NCBI GenBank assembly: GCA_008632985.1
Contig: QPGO01000101.1
Span: 248,001-312,000, forward strand
Direction of reading: 5' to 3'
From: Psammoneis japonica
Lineage: Eukaryota
Length of the DNA stretch: 64,000 nucleotides
The notes under the pieces are model-generated. The model made no database searches. It saw only the letters and a list, made by a program, of their open reading frames with translations, and had not been told where the DNA came from. Position numbers and translations under genes: made by a program. Shown in pieces: positions 1 to 12,389 of the stretch. Each line of letters starts with the position of its first letter. Positions within the stretch are counted from its first letter, which is position 1.

Positions 1-1134
1 CGGCAACTACGAGCTGCAAAAGCCCCAGTAAAAAACCAAACCACAATCCACTGTCGGTAAGAAAGGCCAATTCCTTCTTTCCGGAGATCTGAAACAGCTT
101 CCCCAACAGGGACCGATCTGCCATCATTTGTTCCACAACACAATTTCGTAAACTCAGAACACGATCAATATTGTCTTGTACACTTATAGTCAATACCTTG
201 AGAAACTTGAATCGTATTCGTTGTTGCCAATCCGATTTGGTAGCGGCAGCCGTCAAGACGGCGGAGCGCATCCATTCTGCCGGAAGATCCGACGTTAAAT
301 CTTGAAGGATGGGATCAATCATTTCATCGACTTGTGGTAATAGTATATTGGCAACTGTGGAAGGATCCACACGCTGTATCATTTCTTCCATGGACAAAAG
401 TTGTGTCACTGTGTGATTGCGGAGTGCGTGGGGAAATTGTTTAGAGCTGTACGCCGACTACTGCTGGTTTGCACTGCAATTTCAGAATCTACTTACGCGT
501 GGTGTTGACCATGGCTTCCGTCATCTTTTGCGTCTTTGCAGGAACTACAAAACATATAAGAGAACAAAGAAAATGGATGAGAATGCGCAAGTTTTTTCTT
601 GAGGTTTGCCCTCACGCAAACTTTAATGCTAGTTGCGTTCGTTTTGTTTTGCGAGGATAGAAACACAAACGTACCAATACCCTGCCAACCAATAAATCCC
701 AGAGGTTCACCTTCTTTTTTCCAAAAGGGTATACCACGCCATCGTATCGGTTTGAAAATCATTTGAACCGCCAAGTAATTTGTGAACCATCCGACAAATC
801 CTGCAATGACTGGAATCAACGAGAAAGTTCTCCATCTTGATCGAAACGTCAGAGATCCATGTGCTATTATTCTCTTGCTCAGGGAAACGGCCTGGATGAG
901 TGTCGGAAAGGCGTGTAGAGTCGTTATGCTGCTGCTACTGCTGTACCTGTGTCGTTGAAAGTTGTTCGTTCGAGTAGTACCAACCGAATGTGATTTTGTG
1001 GGAAATGTTGTTGTATGGTATCGAGAGCAAGATGCAGCATGATTCAACGTACTACTACAAAACGCGTCTGATGTACCAATCGCCAATGCAAGAACAGATA
1101 CAGGAACACAAACAATAGTATAGCAAGTCCTCAT
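1..1134 (-). CDS. DUF445-family membrane protein with N-terminal signal/transit-like peptide; 3' end runs off the window. Exons 1134-675, 544-497, 408-<1
   Basis: Spliced translation gives IPVIAGFVGWFTNYLAVQMIFKP...GWQGIVPAKTQKMTEAMVNTTLTQLLSMEEMIQRVDP, the typical DUF445 N-terminal motifs. GT..AG introns at 545-674 and 409-496 keep the frame. TA and CG content are normal. Confidence 0.85.
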
Positions 1135-2593
1135 TTTGTAGCATCAATTACACACGTCACACACAAGTCGTTATAGCAGACGTCTTTCTCATATCCTCAA
1201 CAAAAACCATCAACAACACGCAGCGATCATCGTGCTTCAACTTTGTGTCAGCGGTCATCATAGCGGGGCGCAAAAATCGAAACGGCGACTGACGTGCGCG
1301 CCAAAAAATAGAGACCCGGAAATTAATTTCCTTTAGCTCACTCGACCATCAATGATCGAAAACAATGGATCTCATGGGGTCACGCATGTTGCTTTTTGGT
1401 GGATTGACAAATCCAGGGACTTTGGATTAGCCACATCACTTGGTGTGGGTGTGGAGTTGCCATTCAACCACACTTTTTTCTGCATCTCTGACAGTTGTCA
1501 CCATGGTTCACTCTGTTTCTCTTTGTGGGGCGGCGCTTGTGCATTGCTCGGCAGCAGCACGGGCGCAGTGGTCTGTGCCCCCCCCTGTGCAAGTGTGGGC
1601 TTTCTTCCACAAATCTGCTTTTCCATCAGAAGACTGACACAGAAGCAGTGTGCGAGCCAATGAGAGCACCGCACAAGCTGCAGCAAGCTTGCTCCGCCCC
1701 TTGCAGAGCTGTCCAGCCAGAGCTCCAATTCCGGATTCCCTTGACATTGGTTGCTTCAGGCTCAATGCCTTGCACTTCTGGCTTGCGCCACAGTCATCCA
1801 GAGAGCTGGTCAAAGAGTGCATCAGATGCCGGAGGACAGCAATCAACAACCCATCAAAAAAATGGCTCCGCACAGAGATGAGAAAGTCCTCACACCGCTG
1901 TGTTTGTGCTGCAGAAAAAATGTGGCACAAAACAACCAGCACACACAGCTGTGACTGGCCTTGTGCAGAGTGGGAGGAATTTGATGGCTTTGGAGGCTGT
2001 TGGTCATTTTGAGCAGCAGTGGAGGCCAGCGCCAGCAGCAGCTGCCGGGCAAGCAGATGTGGTTGAGGTGCACAAGTTTGGCAATGGACAAAAGGGAATT
2101 TTGAGGGGGGAGCACTTGGTCAATTGTGGTGGCTGAGCTTTGGCTTTGGGTGGAGGGACCTTCTGCTGCTGTGCCACAACATGATCATGAAAAGAGAAGA
2201 AGGTTTTTTTGCTCTCATGGTGTGTGGCATGCCGTTTTCAATTTTCAAATCCAAGGGTGTGCTTGTTTGCAGATGTGCTGTGCACTGGTGCAGCTGCCTT
2301 TGAAAATGTCTGCAGAAGGCATGCATGTGCTCACATCAATTGAAAATGTTCCCACCAGGGTGTGCCCTGGGCAGCAATGCCAAATGTTGTGCACACCATC
2401 ACATGTTGCGTTGTCCAAAAACCAAAGGCTCAATGTCTCTAACATGTTTTGGTGCTTGTCAAGAGTGAAAATTGTCAGCAAAATAAATTGTTGCATTTGT
2501 GCCATCTTTGTCCACCAATCTTCAATTTGTCAAGTTGTCAACTGCAAAGTCTTTTGTGCGTCCAGCCACAAACAAGTCGACTGTCATTTTTTG

Positions 2594-2790
2594 TTTTAAG
2601 TTGGCTGCGTGGCCCAATTAGTCTGCATTTTAAACTTGTCAAGAAAGCACATTTTCCCCTCTTTTCTCACACTTTTTGTTCAGTCATGAACAAGTCCATT
2701 GTCAGTTTCCTTTTTAAGTTGGCCGTGTGGCCCAACTGGTCTGCATTTTAAACTTGTTGAGTCAGCACATGGTTTTTCCCTTTTCCACAC
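2594..2790 (+). repeat. Two direct copies (~118-bp spacing) of ttttaagttggc.g.gtggcccaa.t.gtctgcattttaaacttgt; possibly subterminal repeats of a DNA transposon
   Basis: Direct match between ~2594-2640 and ~2712-2757, upstream of the transposase relic at 3213. Confidence 0.6.
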
Positions 2791-3212
2791 ATTTCTCAGC
2801 CCTCCCATTTTTTTCCATTTCTCCCTGAGTTTTGCTCTGCTCTTTCATCCAATGCCCAATGACAATGGCACACCCCTGTCTCAGTCCTCTCTGTCCCAGT
2901 TGCATGTTGGACAACAGCAACCCACATGCTCTTTGCCAACATTTCCACAGGTGTCCCCAGTGTTTGTCCTTCCTCCAATTTGGCATTGACAATGCATCGC
3001 CCTCTCCCAATCACTCCCTGTGCAACAATGGAGCCTCTGCCTCCCTCAACACATCTCCAGACCTCCACACTCTTCCCTTGATTCAAGCACCAAAGGGTTG
3101 ATGTCCCTGTCTCTGCAGGACTGCAATTCATCTTGTCTCTTCCCGCTTCTCCCCCAGAAGCAAACAATCCTCCTCCCCTTGCAACAACAATCCCAGTGCA
3201 CCTGTTTGGGAT

Positions 3213-4260
3213 TTGTCTTTTGGCAATGACAACGATTTTCATCAAGCCCAGGACATGGAAACATCCAGTGATGGCTCTTTTGCTCCAGACAAATCTGATG
3301 ATCATTCCTTCCACAATGATGATGTCCTGTTCCTGGAGGAGGAATTTGATCTTCTCTCCAAAAACATTTCTCATTCCTCTTCTTCGGTTTCCAACCCGGC
3401 AAAGGACAAAGAGGAGGACACAGATGTTGGCTCTCACTGCTTTGATGCACAGGATCTGGAGGATGTGGATGAAGCTCAACTCTTGGAACCTCCACGGATT
3501 TGCAAAACCAACACAACCAACAAGCTTCGCCCTGTGGAGGAAGAGTTGACAGCGACAATGAAAAGACATTGTCTGTCCCTTGGTTTGCACAAGGCTTTTC
3601 TTTCCTGGGCAAGACGTGCCAAGGACAGCAGCTGTGAGCACAAGTCTCTGTCCTGCTCCATCAATTTGCAATGCATGAAAACAAAGCATTTGCATTTTGT
3701 TGGTCCAGAGCCCATTTGCTCCACTGTTCATGTTGGACCCAGATTTCCTCCCATGCACGTGCATGGGTTTTCCTTCCTGCATCATGTGAGAAGGGAGTTC
3801 TGTGACCTTGATGTCGTCCAGTCTTGCCAATGGTCACACCAAGAGAAATGCTGCCCCCAAACAAACGAGCACATTTGTGACTCACTCAACACAGGAGACT
3901 GGTGGAAGCAAGCTGAGAATGACCTCAAATCTTCTCTTGCTGAACTTGGCAATGACTGTCCATCTGGTTTGCATTGTGTTGGCCCAGTTGTGCTTTTTGA
4001 CAATTCCGCCATTTGTGACAACATTGGTCACCTGCAAGCACAACTCGTCCTTGTCACATTGGGCAACCCAAACAATGAGAGTCAATGCAGCCACTCCCTG
4101 TGGCCAACACTTGGAATGGTGCCACCACACCCAAAGACTGGTGACGAGTGCACTGCCGACCACCAGTCTGAGCTCAGACATCAGAGTGCACAATGTCGCA
4201 ACATCTGCACACATGACAAAAATGTGTTGCCACATCACAAAATCTGCTTGTCCACACATG
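3213..4260 (+). mobile_element. Truncated, degenerate Plavaka-like transposase relic (copy A)
   Basis: LNTGDWW...GPVVLFDN..CDNIGHLQAQLVLVTLGN...WPTLGMVP resembles the Plavaka N-terminal core (TG.WW, D.T..D..G...EP...TLGN, W..LGY.P) and parallels copy B. Confidence 0.55.
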
Positions 4261-5023
4261 ACGGTTTTTGTCATTCAGTTGACTGTCAATCTCCTGCCAT
4301 TCTTCATGTTTGAACACAGACGTTTTTTAATTTTCATGCTCTGCCTTTTTAATTTTCATGCTCTGCCTTTTTCACAACAACTGATGATCTTCAACGACAA
4401 GCCAAACATTGCAATTGCATGCAATGAAATTTTCATCATGCAAAGTGTGCGCTGATTGTTTGATCAACAAATGTGCTCCAATTTGCCCAGTCGTCCGCAT
4501 CGTCCTCTTCATTCCACATGTCTTGTCCGCTCTCTTGCAAGAATTTCAAATGTGCTGCTGCCGCGTTGGATGTTTCCTCGTCACTGTTCCAAAAAAGCCA
4601 CACTGCATTTCTTGCATTTGGGTGAACATCATTGAGAGGAAGAGGTCCCTCGAAATGCCGAATCGCATTGCTGCTGCCCTCTTGACGTTGTGTTGTTGGC
4701 TTCTTTTTCTCTTTCTTCATTTTGCCCATCCCATTTTTCTCTTCCTTCTTCATCTTGGCACTGCCTGTTTTCACCGTCTCCAGCGTCTTTCCATCCGAAT
4801 CCTTCTTTTTCATCGATCCCATCACCGTTGCCTTCATTGTCTCTTGTTGTTGTTTTTTTTTTCTGTTGTGTGTCACTTTGTTTTGGATCCATGTTTCTGA
4901 CTTCTCTCTGTGCCATCTCCATTTCCGAATGTTTCTTTGTGATTGTTCGCATGCGCCACTTGAAGGCACCCACATGTTCTTCACGCACCTTGACGCTCAT
5001 GTGGAAATCCATGTTGTTTTCCA

Positions 5024-7100
5024 GTGCATGCACCCTTTCTCCTGATGCTGTTTTGCACAACATTTTCTTCCATCAATTCTGCACTCTGTGTTGCCCTTTC
5101 CCGGCACAATCTCACGCAGGATTTCCCTGGGAGAAGTTGCGCGCGCGTCTGGCAGGTTTTTGTGTTTAAAACTCCAAATCCTGCCAGGCACGCGTGCAAC
5201 TTCTCCCACGCACCACTCTGGCACATTGCTGCAGAAACCAGATTTTTTGGTGTTGGAACAGCAACCATGGCACCGCATGACCTGTCGGTCGCCTCTCTGT
5301 TGCAAGACAACAATGATTCCTGCCTCGAGGAGGCCGCATTTGAATCTCTCTTCACCAACGGTTTTGGAGTGATCGACAGCAACGAGCGGAGCCATGTCAA
5401 AGCGACAATCGAGACGGTGAAATCCAAGGTTCAGTTTCACCACGACTCCACTTGTGACCCCTCTCCGAATTGGATCGTGCTTGCCCATGTGCGGCAAAAG
5501 TCAAAGGGCAGACCTCATTTTTTTGTAGAGCTGATGGCTGTAAACTGCATTGTTGCAAAGGAGCTTGGGTGCAAGAGCTTGCTGCACTTTCTTTCCACAA
5601 AAGGATGGAGTTGTTCCAGTCAAGGCGCCAAACATCCTCATGCGTTGGAGCATCACCGTGCTCCCAAAGCAGAGGATGTGAAAGTCATTGGTGACAAGGC
5701 AAAATCAACAGACATTGCAGCCAACATGATGGCAAAGATTTCCATGTTGTGCAAGCTTCTCCATGATCCCGGATTGTGCGACCCAAAGGGAGAGCCACTT
5801 GTCAAGCACATTGAGCTGAGAAGTTTTGAAGGGAGGGTTTTGCGTTGTGCGCAATGCCTTGACATTGGTTTTTTGATTCTTCGTGACAAGATTCTGCCGT
5901 GCGCACCTGAAGGGAATGGTGAACGCGATTGTTGGCTTTGCTCCCTGTTCGGCGAATGTGACAAGACATTGACTTGCATCAACTTTTTGGAGAATTTCCT
6001 GGCTCTTGGTCACTGTGAGACGACCAAAGACGAGTGCCCCATGTCCTTCCCTGAACTCGTAAAGTCGTTGTTCCGCCAACACAAAAATTCTTGGGAAAAG
6101 CCCATGTGACTGGCGATGCTCGATGTCGAGCGAGAACAAATGTGTGCAACACATGTCGATGAGACTCTTTTAAGATGTGTGAAAATTGATCGTGTGGTTT
6201 CTGCCGCTGACGATTCCGGCAAAAGCAAGGCCACAAGGGATCGTTTTGAGGCCACGTGGAAAGCCAGGCTTCGTGACTTTGCCACTCAGTGCAAGAAGAA
6301 AGAAATCGGCAATGCAATTCCATCGGTTACGAAAAATGCTCGGAAACAAAAAAATCCAAATGGCATGAATCCATCACATTGTTTGATTGATTGTTCATGC
6401 TCCTCTTCTTGTCTCTAATTCTTCTGTTCTTCTTGCCACCTCTTCAGCCGCCTCCCTTTGCTCCTCAAGCCCCAGTCTCAAAAACCCCAAAGATGACGAA
6501 CCTTCTGATGTTTCTCAGAACGAATCGCTGATTCTCCAAGATGTGCCAACTTTCAAGGAACAATTTGAGCATTCCCAAACAAAGTGGCCGACCCTTGGTG
6601 CAACTTGTCAGTCACCTCCTCCTCCGCCAGACAATTTCACAAAAGAAGAGCTTGTGAAAGTGTTTCCTGAACCATCTCCATTTGCGATTCTGGGTGAGGT
6701 GAAGTCACAACATTCTCACCTTGTCGTCTTTGAGGAAACCCCCATTTCTGGTTCCTTCAAGGGGAACTGTGTCAAGCACCAGTCATTCCACAGCATCTCC
6801 GATTTCCACTTGGTGAATCACCTCCGCAAGTTCATGCATGGATTTGAAAATGGCGCAGCTCCCAACAATCCGACACAAGAGCCGATGGTTGTGATTGCCT
6901 GCCCGACCCAGTCAACCTCTCATTTTTCCGACGTGGTCACTTGTTTGCGATGCACGGACAAGATGCATCAGAAATGCTTTTTTGGATTGCGAGTCAGTGT
7001 GTCGTTGACACTCCGTGCAGTGTTGGAACATGGCGAGCCGAACAAAAAAAGGGATGGACCAGAGTGCAAGCTGCGCTGTCCAATCTGTTTTGGTTGTTGT
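5024..7100 (+). pseudogene. Degenerate ORF(s) of unknown function, probably transposon cargo
   Basis: Protein-like 361-aa and ~240-aa frames with few Tyr, lying between transposase relics; no recognisable motif. Confidence 0.3.
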
Positions 7101-7119
7101 GGCCAGAATTACGAAGTCA

Positions 7120-10100
7120 CAGACGGTGAGTCAGCTGAAGTGGGACCTGCTCACAAGCCCAAACAAACAGGGCCTTTTCTTGCGCTTCTGCTGCTCCTGG
7201 ACATTCTTCACAAACCAAAACATTGTCCCCAATTGACTTGGGTGAGTGCTGAGTCTTCTCAGGCGTTGAAAGCCAGTTGTTTCGTTTGTGATCAAGCTGC
7301 CAGCAACTGACCAAGTCTGCATGCTGATGCCATTGCCTCACAGTTCTCTGGTCAGCTTGACAAGCAGTTGGATGGACCACTGCAAAAATTGATCCTGTGT
7401 CTTCCTGTTCAAAGAAACACAGCAAACAGGAGGGAAGCTGTTGATCGCCCTTTCGTGTGCCAAAGGTCACACAGGCAAAGTCATGCCATGGGCCTTCGCT
7501 TTTGCAACTGGGGTGCGCACGGTGCATGTCCCTCCCGCTTGCATTGTAAAACTCTGTCTTGCAAGTCAGATGTGTGTTTTCATCATCTTCACCAACACAA
7601 TCCTCCCACTTTTCCGACATGAAGTTTGGCAACACAGGGTGAACTTGGCAATGAGCATGCAAGCTGTTCCACTCAAATGTCACAGCGCCGATCCCTCGGT
7701 TGCAGGTGAGAGTGAATGCACTTCCTCCCAGCGTGTGATTGTCTGTCCTGACTCTTGATGATTCCTTTTTCCCAGTTGGCAAAATCCAACTGTCAGCTGA
7801 AATTGCGGCGTTGAGCCTCATTTGGTCCTCCATGCGCGACACGACCTGCTTCAGAAAACTGTCGAGGTTGCGTTGTTGTGCAGCAGATGATGGCAGCTTG
7901 AAAAAGTCTTTCAAGAGACACCCCCCCAAGCCTGCGTCAAAGTTCATCGCATGTCGGCAACAGTGAAGAAACACTGGGAGATGGAGTGTTTCATGAAGCT
8001 TTTGAAGCTTCCGCCCTCATCCTTCTGTTCGCGGGACGAATTGCACTGTCCGGTCAATGAGGAGACGGATTTTCTTGTTTGTTTTCTGAACAGATGAACT
8101 GGGAGTTGCGCTTGTGATGGGTGGATCACCCAGCCTGTGCCATGCGTGGAAGACAAGAAGGTCCTTGAGCAATTGAATGAATTGCCAGACTGCAGTTGAG
8201 TCTTTTTCCCTTGTGTTTTTTCTTTTTTTGGTTGTCGTCACCATCCTCTGCCTCACTCTCCTCTTTCTCATCCTCATTTTTGTCCCAGTCACCCTCTTCG
8301 GACTCCTCCGACCTTTCATCGTCAGAGTCGTCCAAGCACTCACCAGGTTGGCAGTGACTCTCAAAGTTTGCTTTGGGTGTCTTGCGATTCTCTGGAACAA
8401 TGGGCTCGTCTGCGTCCTCGTCAAGGAAGCATGACTCACATGTGTTTTGTCCCTCGCTGGTCAACAGGAGAAGGTAGAAAACAAAAGCCATTCCAGCCCA
8501 GTGGTGAGAGTTGAGGAAGGTGAGCGACGTCGCTCCTCCTTTGAAGTTTGTTTGCAAAAAGGATGCTTTGCAAGTTGACCGGTGATTGCTGAAAATCCTT
8601 TCCACTGTGCTGCCCACCTCACTTGCGACCACAGGTGTCATGCTGTCTACAAATGAATTGATCACCCTTTTCAAGGTGCTGTTTTGAAACAGATGCATCA
8701 TGTTGCTTGCTGTTGCAAGGGCAACGCCATGTGGTTGTGCGCCAAAGTCCGCGCCTCAAAAAGACAGTTGGCAGGTGCACTGTGTTGCTTGGGGAAATGC
8801 AAGATGCCCAGCCAGTGCTTCCTTTCTTGGTCTGATCTGTCATTGTCGTTGGCCTTGGTTTGCACTTGTTGGAGATCCAGTCCTCAGATGAACTTGCATT
8901 CAATCCATGGGTTGTCCAGTTTGTTGAAGCCAGTGAGGCAAAAACGACAGCAACGTTGATGACAGTTGTGTCCTCCGCATTGTCCGACGAGACAGTTGCC
9001 ACTTTTTGCGTCTCCTGTGATCAGAATGATCAGCGGGATTGCGTGGAGGTGTCGCATCTCATCCCCTCGTTGCACGTGTGTTTTCATGCCTCCTTTTCTC
9101 ATGACTTCCAAAAGTGGCTCCAAAATGACACGTGAGCAAGTGTGACAGTCACTTGACGAGCGTCCCTTCTCCGCCTTGCGATTGTTTGAGAGATTCTTTG
9201 CCGCAGATGACGACATCTTTTCCAAATCCGGGAGACAACCAACTGGTTTCCAGACACTCTTGTCCAACCATTTGTTGAAGGCAACATGCGCAGAGGTCAT
9301 GATCACTGGCTCTCCGCAATGTGATCCCTTCCCTTGTGTCCCACCAGTCTTGTCGAGGTGAATGACATTGCACTTGAGAAATTGTTTGTCTGGGTCAGTC
9401 ATCCATTCTTCGCAACTGCGCCTGCACCACTCACCCGCCAAAAGGCACTTGCCATCCAGTCCCTTCATTTTGTGCTTCCCAAAAGGATTGTCTGGATCGG
9501 CCATGTTCTCTCTGCTGCACCACATGTGAGGATCGAGTGAGGGCTGTTCCCAAACCTTTGTGAAATCCCATCTTGGCACTGACACTCGTTTTGGCAAACC
9601 GGTTTTGAAATTTTTGGTTTCTAGAGTGACAGGAATAGACTCGCTGGGTGGAAGAGGGAAATGCTTGGTCAAGGTGCGCATCAACTCTTTTCTCCTTGGC
9701 AGAACTGCGCCAAGCTCAATGTTGCTGTTCCCAGTGTGCCTCTCAATGAAATCAACAATGCAGTCATGCAATTCCAGGGGAGCACCACGTGTGTCCATGA
9801 GCTTCTTGCACAACTCTGCGCAAGCTCCCTCAAGATTTGTCAAAGAGGGAGTAGAAGCCAAGGCCTCTTTTGCAGGAGCGTGACACCTGATCCCAAACGT
9901 TGATCCTCATCGTGAATGTCCTCTTCCTCCTCCATTGTCACGCCCAACACTGCAGCAAAGGATTGACCACCGCCAACATCCAAATCATTCATTGCCAAAA
10001 GCTCAACTCCATGCATGCTGTGGTTTGATGAAATGGAGGACATGTCGTCCATTCCGTGCGGCGCGTCATCCGGGGAGGGGAGCAAGGGGCTGCTGCTCGG

Positions 10101-10290
10101 ATCACTCATTGAAGATCTTGGGAATCTGCTGCAAGTGGATCGCCTCAGATGGGATTCGTCATCATCAGAGGACAAAGAGGAAGAACCACTGCTTTCTTCA
10201 GGTGGCCCCTCCATTGTGGCAGGAATGTTGCTTTGATCTGGGACCAGATCTTGGGTTTGCAACTCTTGGGCAACTGAGCAACATGTTGGT
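7120..10290 (-). mobile_element. Degenerate Plavaka-like transposase (copy B), frameshifted, with Tyr eroded
   Basis: Motifs IHLDKTG, GEPVIMT, WKPVGCLPDLE, ITGDAKSG..VGQ...RCCRFC, FKGGATSLTFL...WAGMAF and HRAHPSCKSEGPWHDFA (presumed ancestral YRAHPSY...WYDFA) match Plavaka (PF18759-type) transposases. Confidence 0.75.
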
Positions 10291-10817
10291 GAGCATCTCC
10301 AATGGCAGGCTGTTCGCAAAAAACTTTTGCCAATCCCAGGACAGAGAAGAGGGTTTCCGTCCATTGTCAATCAGACAACATTGACAGGGCCTTCATCACG
10401 ACTCACACTCGTTGTCCTTGTCTTGTGGATGAGAAGGGAAAAGAAGAACAACACGCAAAAAATGGCGGGAAATTGGCAAACATTGCATTGTCTTCCAGAT
10501 TTGGATGATTCTCACAGGTGTGACGTGTCTGAATTTTGATTTTTTATCTGGCATTTACAACGAACATTGCACTTTTTTTTTTGCTGTCAAAATGCAGGAT
10601 GTCATCTCCATTGAAATGCAATGACAGCCATGTCCAAAAGCAAGCTGGGCTGTTTGTTGTTGCACACAAATGTGTTCTCAAATTTCAGTGTCACTGACAA
10701 CAATTTGTTCAATGTCATGGAGAAAAACAGAGTGGCTGGCTGTCTCAACACAACCCAAATGACGGTTGCACTGTCGAACAGTGACACTCCTCTCATTGTT
10801 GCTGTGAAAAGATCAAG

Positions 10818-12100
10818 ATGTCGTCTCCAGCACCACCGGCAAAGAAGAGAAAGAAAAATGAGACCACAAAGCCAATGAGCCCGAGACTTCAGGCAGTGTT
10901 GAAGAGAACAGGTGCGCAGGCAGTGCATGGTGCACTGAAATCAGAAGCAGAGAAGGTGGCCAGAAATGATCTCTTTCCACAGGTGAAGTTTCTCAGTCCA
11001 TCAGAATTGGCAAGCAATGGGAGCGTCTCAATGTTTGTCAAGAAAGAAACAGATTGCTGGTGACAACATGGACACTTCAAATTGGTCAGGGACTTGGGAG
11101 GAATGGGCAAAAAAGGCAGCAAAAAGGCAAGTTGACAATCACAGAAACATGGTGTGTTCGGCCATTGGGGCGGAGGCAATGGCCTGCAAGCCAAGTGACC
11201 AATGTGTGTGACTCGAGAGTTGCGCGCATCTCACAAGAAGATGACGGTGATGCTTTGTCCATGTGGGCATTGTTGCTGAGGAAGAGGGAAAGGAAAAAGA
11301 AAAGAAACTCAAGGCAGCAGTCAAGAGGAAAAAGCAAGGCAGGAAAAAGTCAAGCCATGACAAGAACGAAGAGAAAGATGTCCCGTTTGTGCCGACATGG
11401 GATCCGTTTGGCCCAGACACTGTCGCCGGCAGCAAACGACGGAACAAGCAGGCATGCAAGTGGTTCTGTGATCACATCCTACCTCAAACCAAGCAAAAGC
11501 AGGCATGGAGCAGCACTGTCAACAGTTGTTTGCGGTCGGTGATGAAGCTTTGGCACTGTCAGCTGTGGAGAATTGTTGGCAGGTGTGGGCATGCAGGAAC
11601 AAGGAGGAGGCGGTGGAAGAATTGGGTGAGGAAATGGAGCCCAAAGAAACAAGGCCTGCCCCTTGGTGCATGAAGCCAAAGAAACAACGAGTGTCTTGGG
11701 GAAACAACGGAATCAATCAGTTCAACAACCCATGCAAAGAGGTGACGAAAGACAGAGACTCCAAGGAGGGCAAGGAGTTTGAAAAGTGGCACACGGAGAT
11801 CAAGAAAAGCAAGCGCGAGAAGTCCGGAGAAGCAAAAAAGAAGAAGAAGAAAGCACCAACCGGTGATGCGGAGAAGGTGAAGGCAATGAACAGCCCAATG
11901 GTGGAGAGCAGCAGGGACGAAAATGGCAACGACGATGAGCAGGAGGAAGGTGCAAAAGGCAAAACGAATGACGGAGGAGACGAGTCTGATGGAGACGAGG
12001 CCGATGATGATCGTCAGCTCAGTTTGAGAGAGTTGCAGCAAGAAAATGTGTGCACAGTCAACACAGCACTCGGTCATTGCACTGCAGACGTAACAAGGGA
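10818..12100 (+). pseudogene. Transposon accessory-ORF relic (LFP.VKF ... DEALAL..ENCW..W family), divergent from the Plavaka B transposase
   Basis: Homologous to the 22480-23630 (-) relic; frameshifted, with an acidic/basic low-complexity tail. Confidence 0.55.
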
Positions 12101-12389
12101 TTGACTCAACCGATGAAATGCTTTTCTTGTTTAAAACAATGTTTGTGAAAATTAACAAACCAAGGATTGTGTGGCAATGCAACCACGGATTGGCACATGG
12201 CAACAAGGTGGAGGCAGAAATGGCGATGTGGGCACAGTGAAAAACAGCATGCACAATTCTCAACAAGTCATTGCAACATTGGCACAGCAAACTTGCAACC
12301 AGAGGTTGGCCTTTCATCATGTGACAACAATGTTTTGCAACATTTTGACAAATTGCCATCATGCAAATCTGCACATTTTTAACATTTCA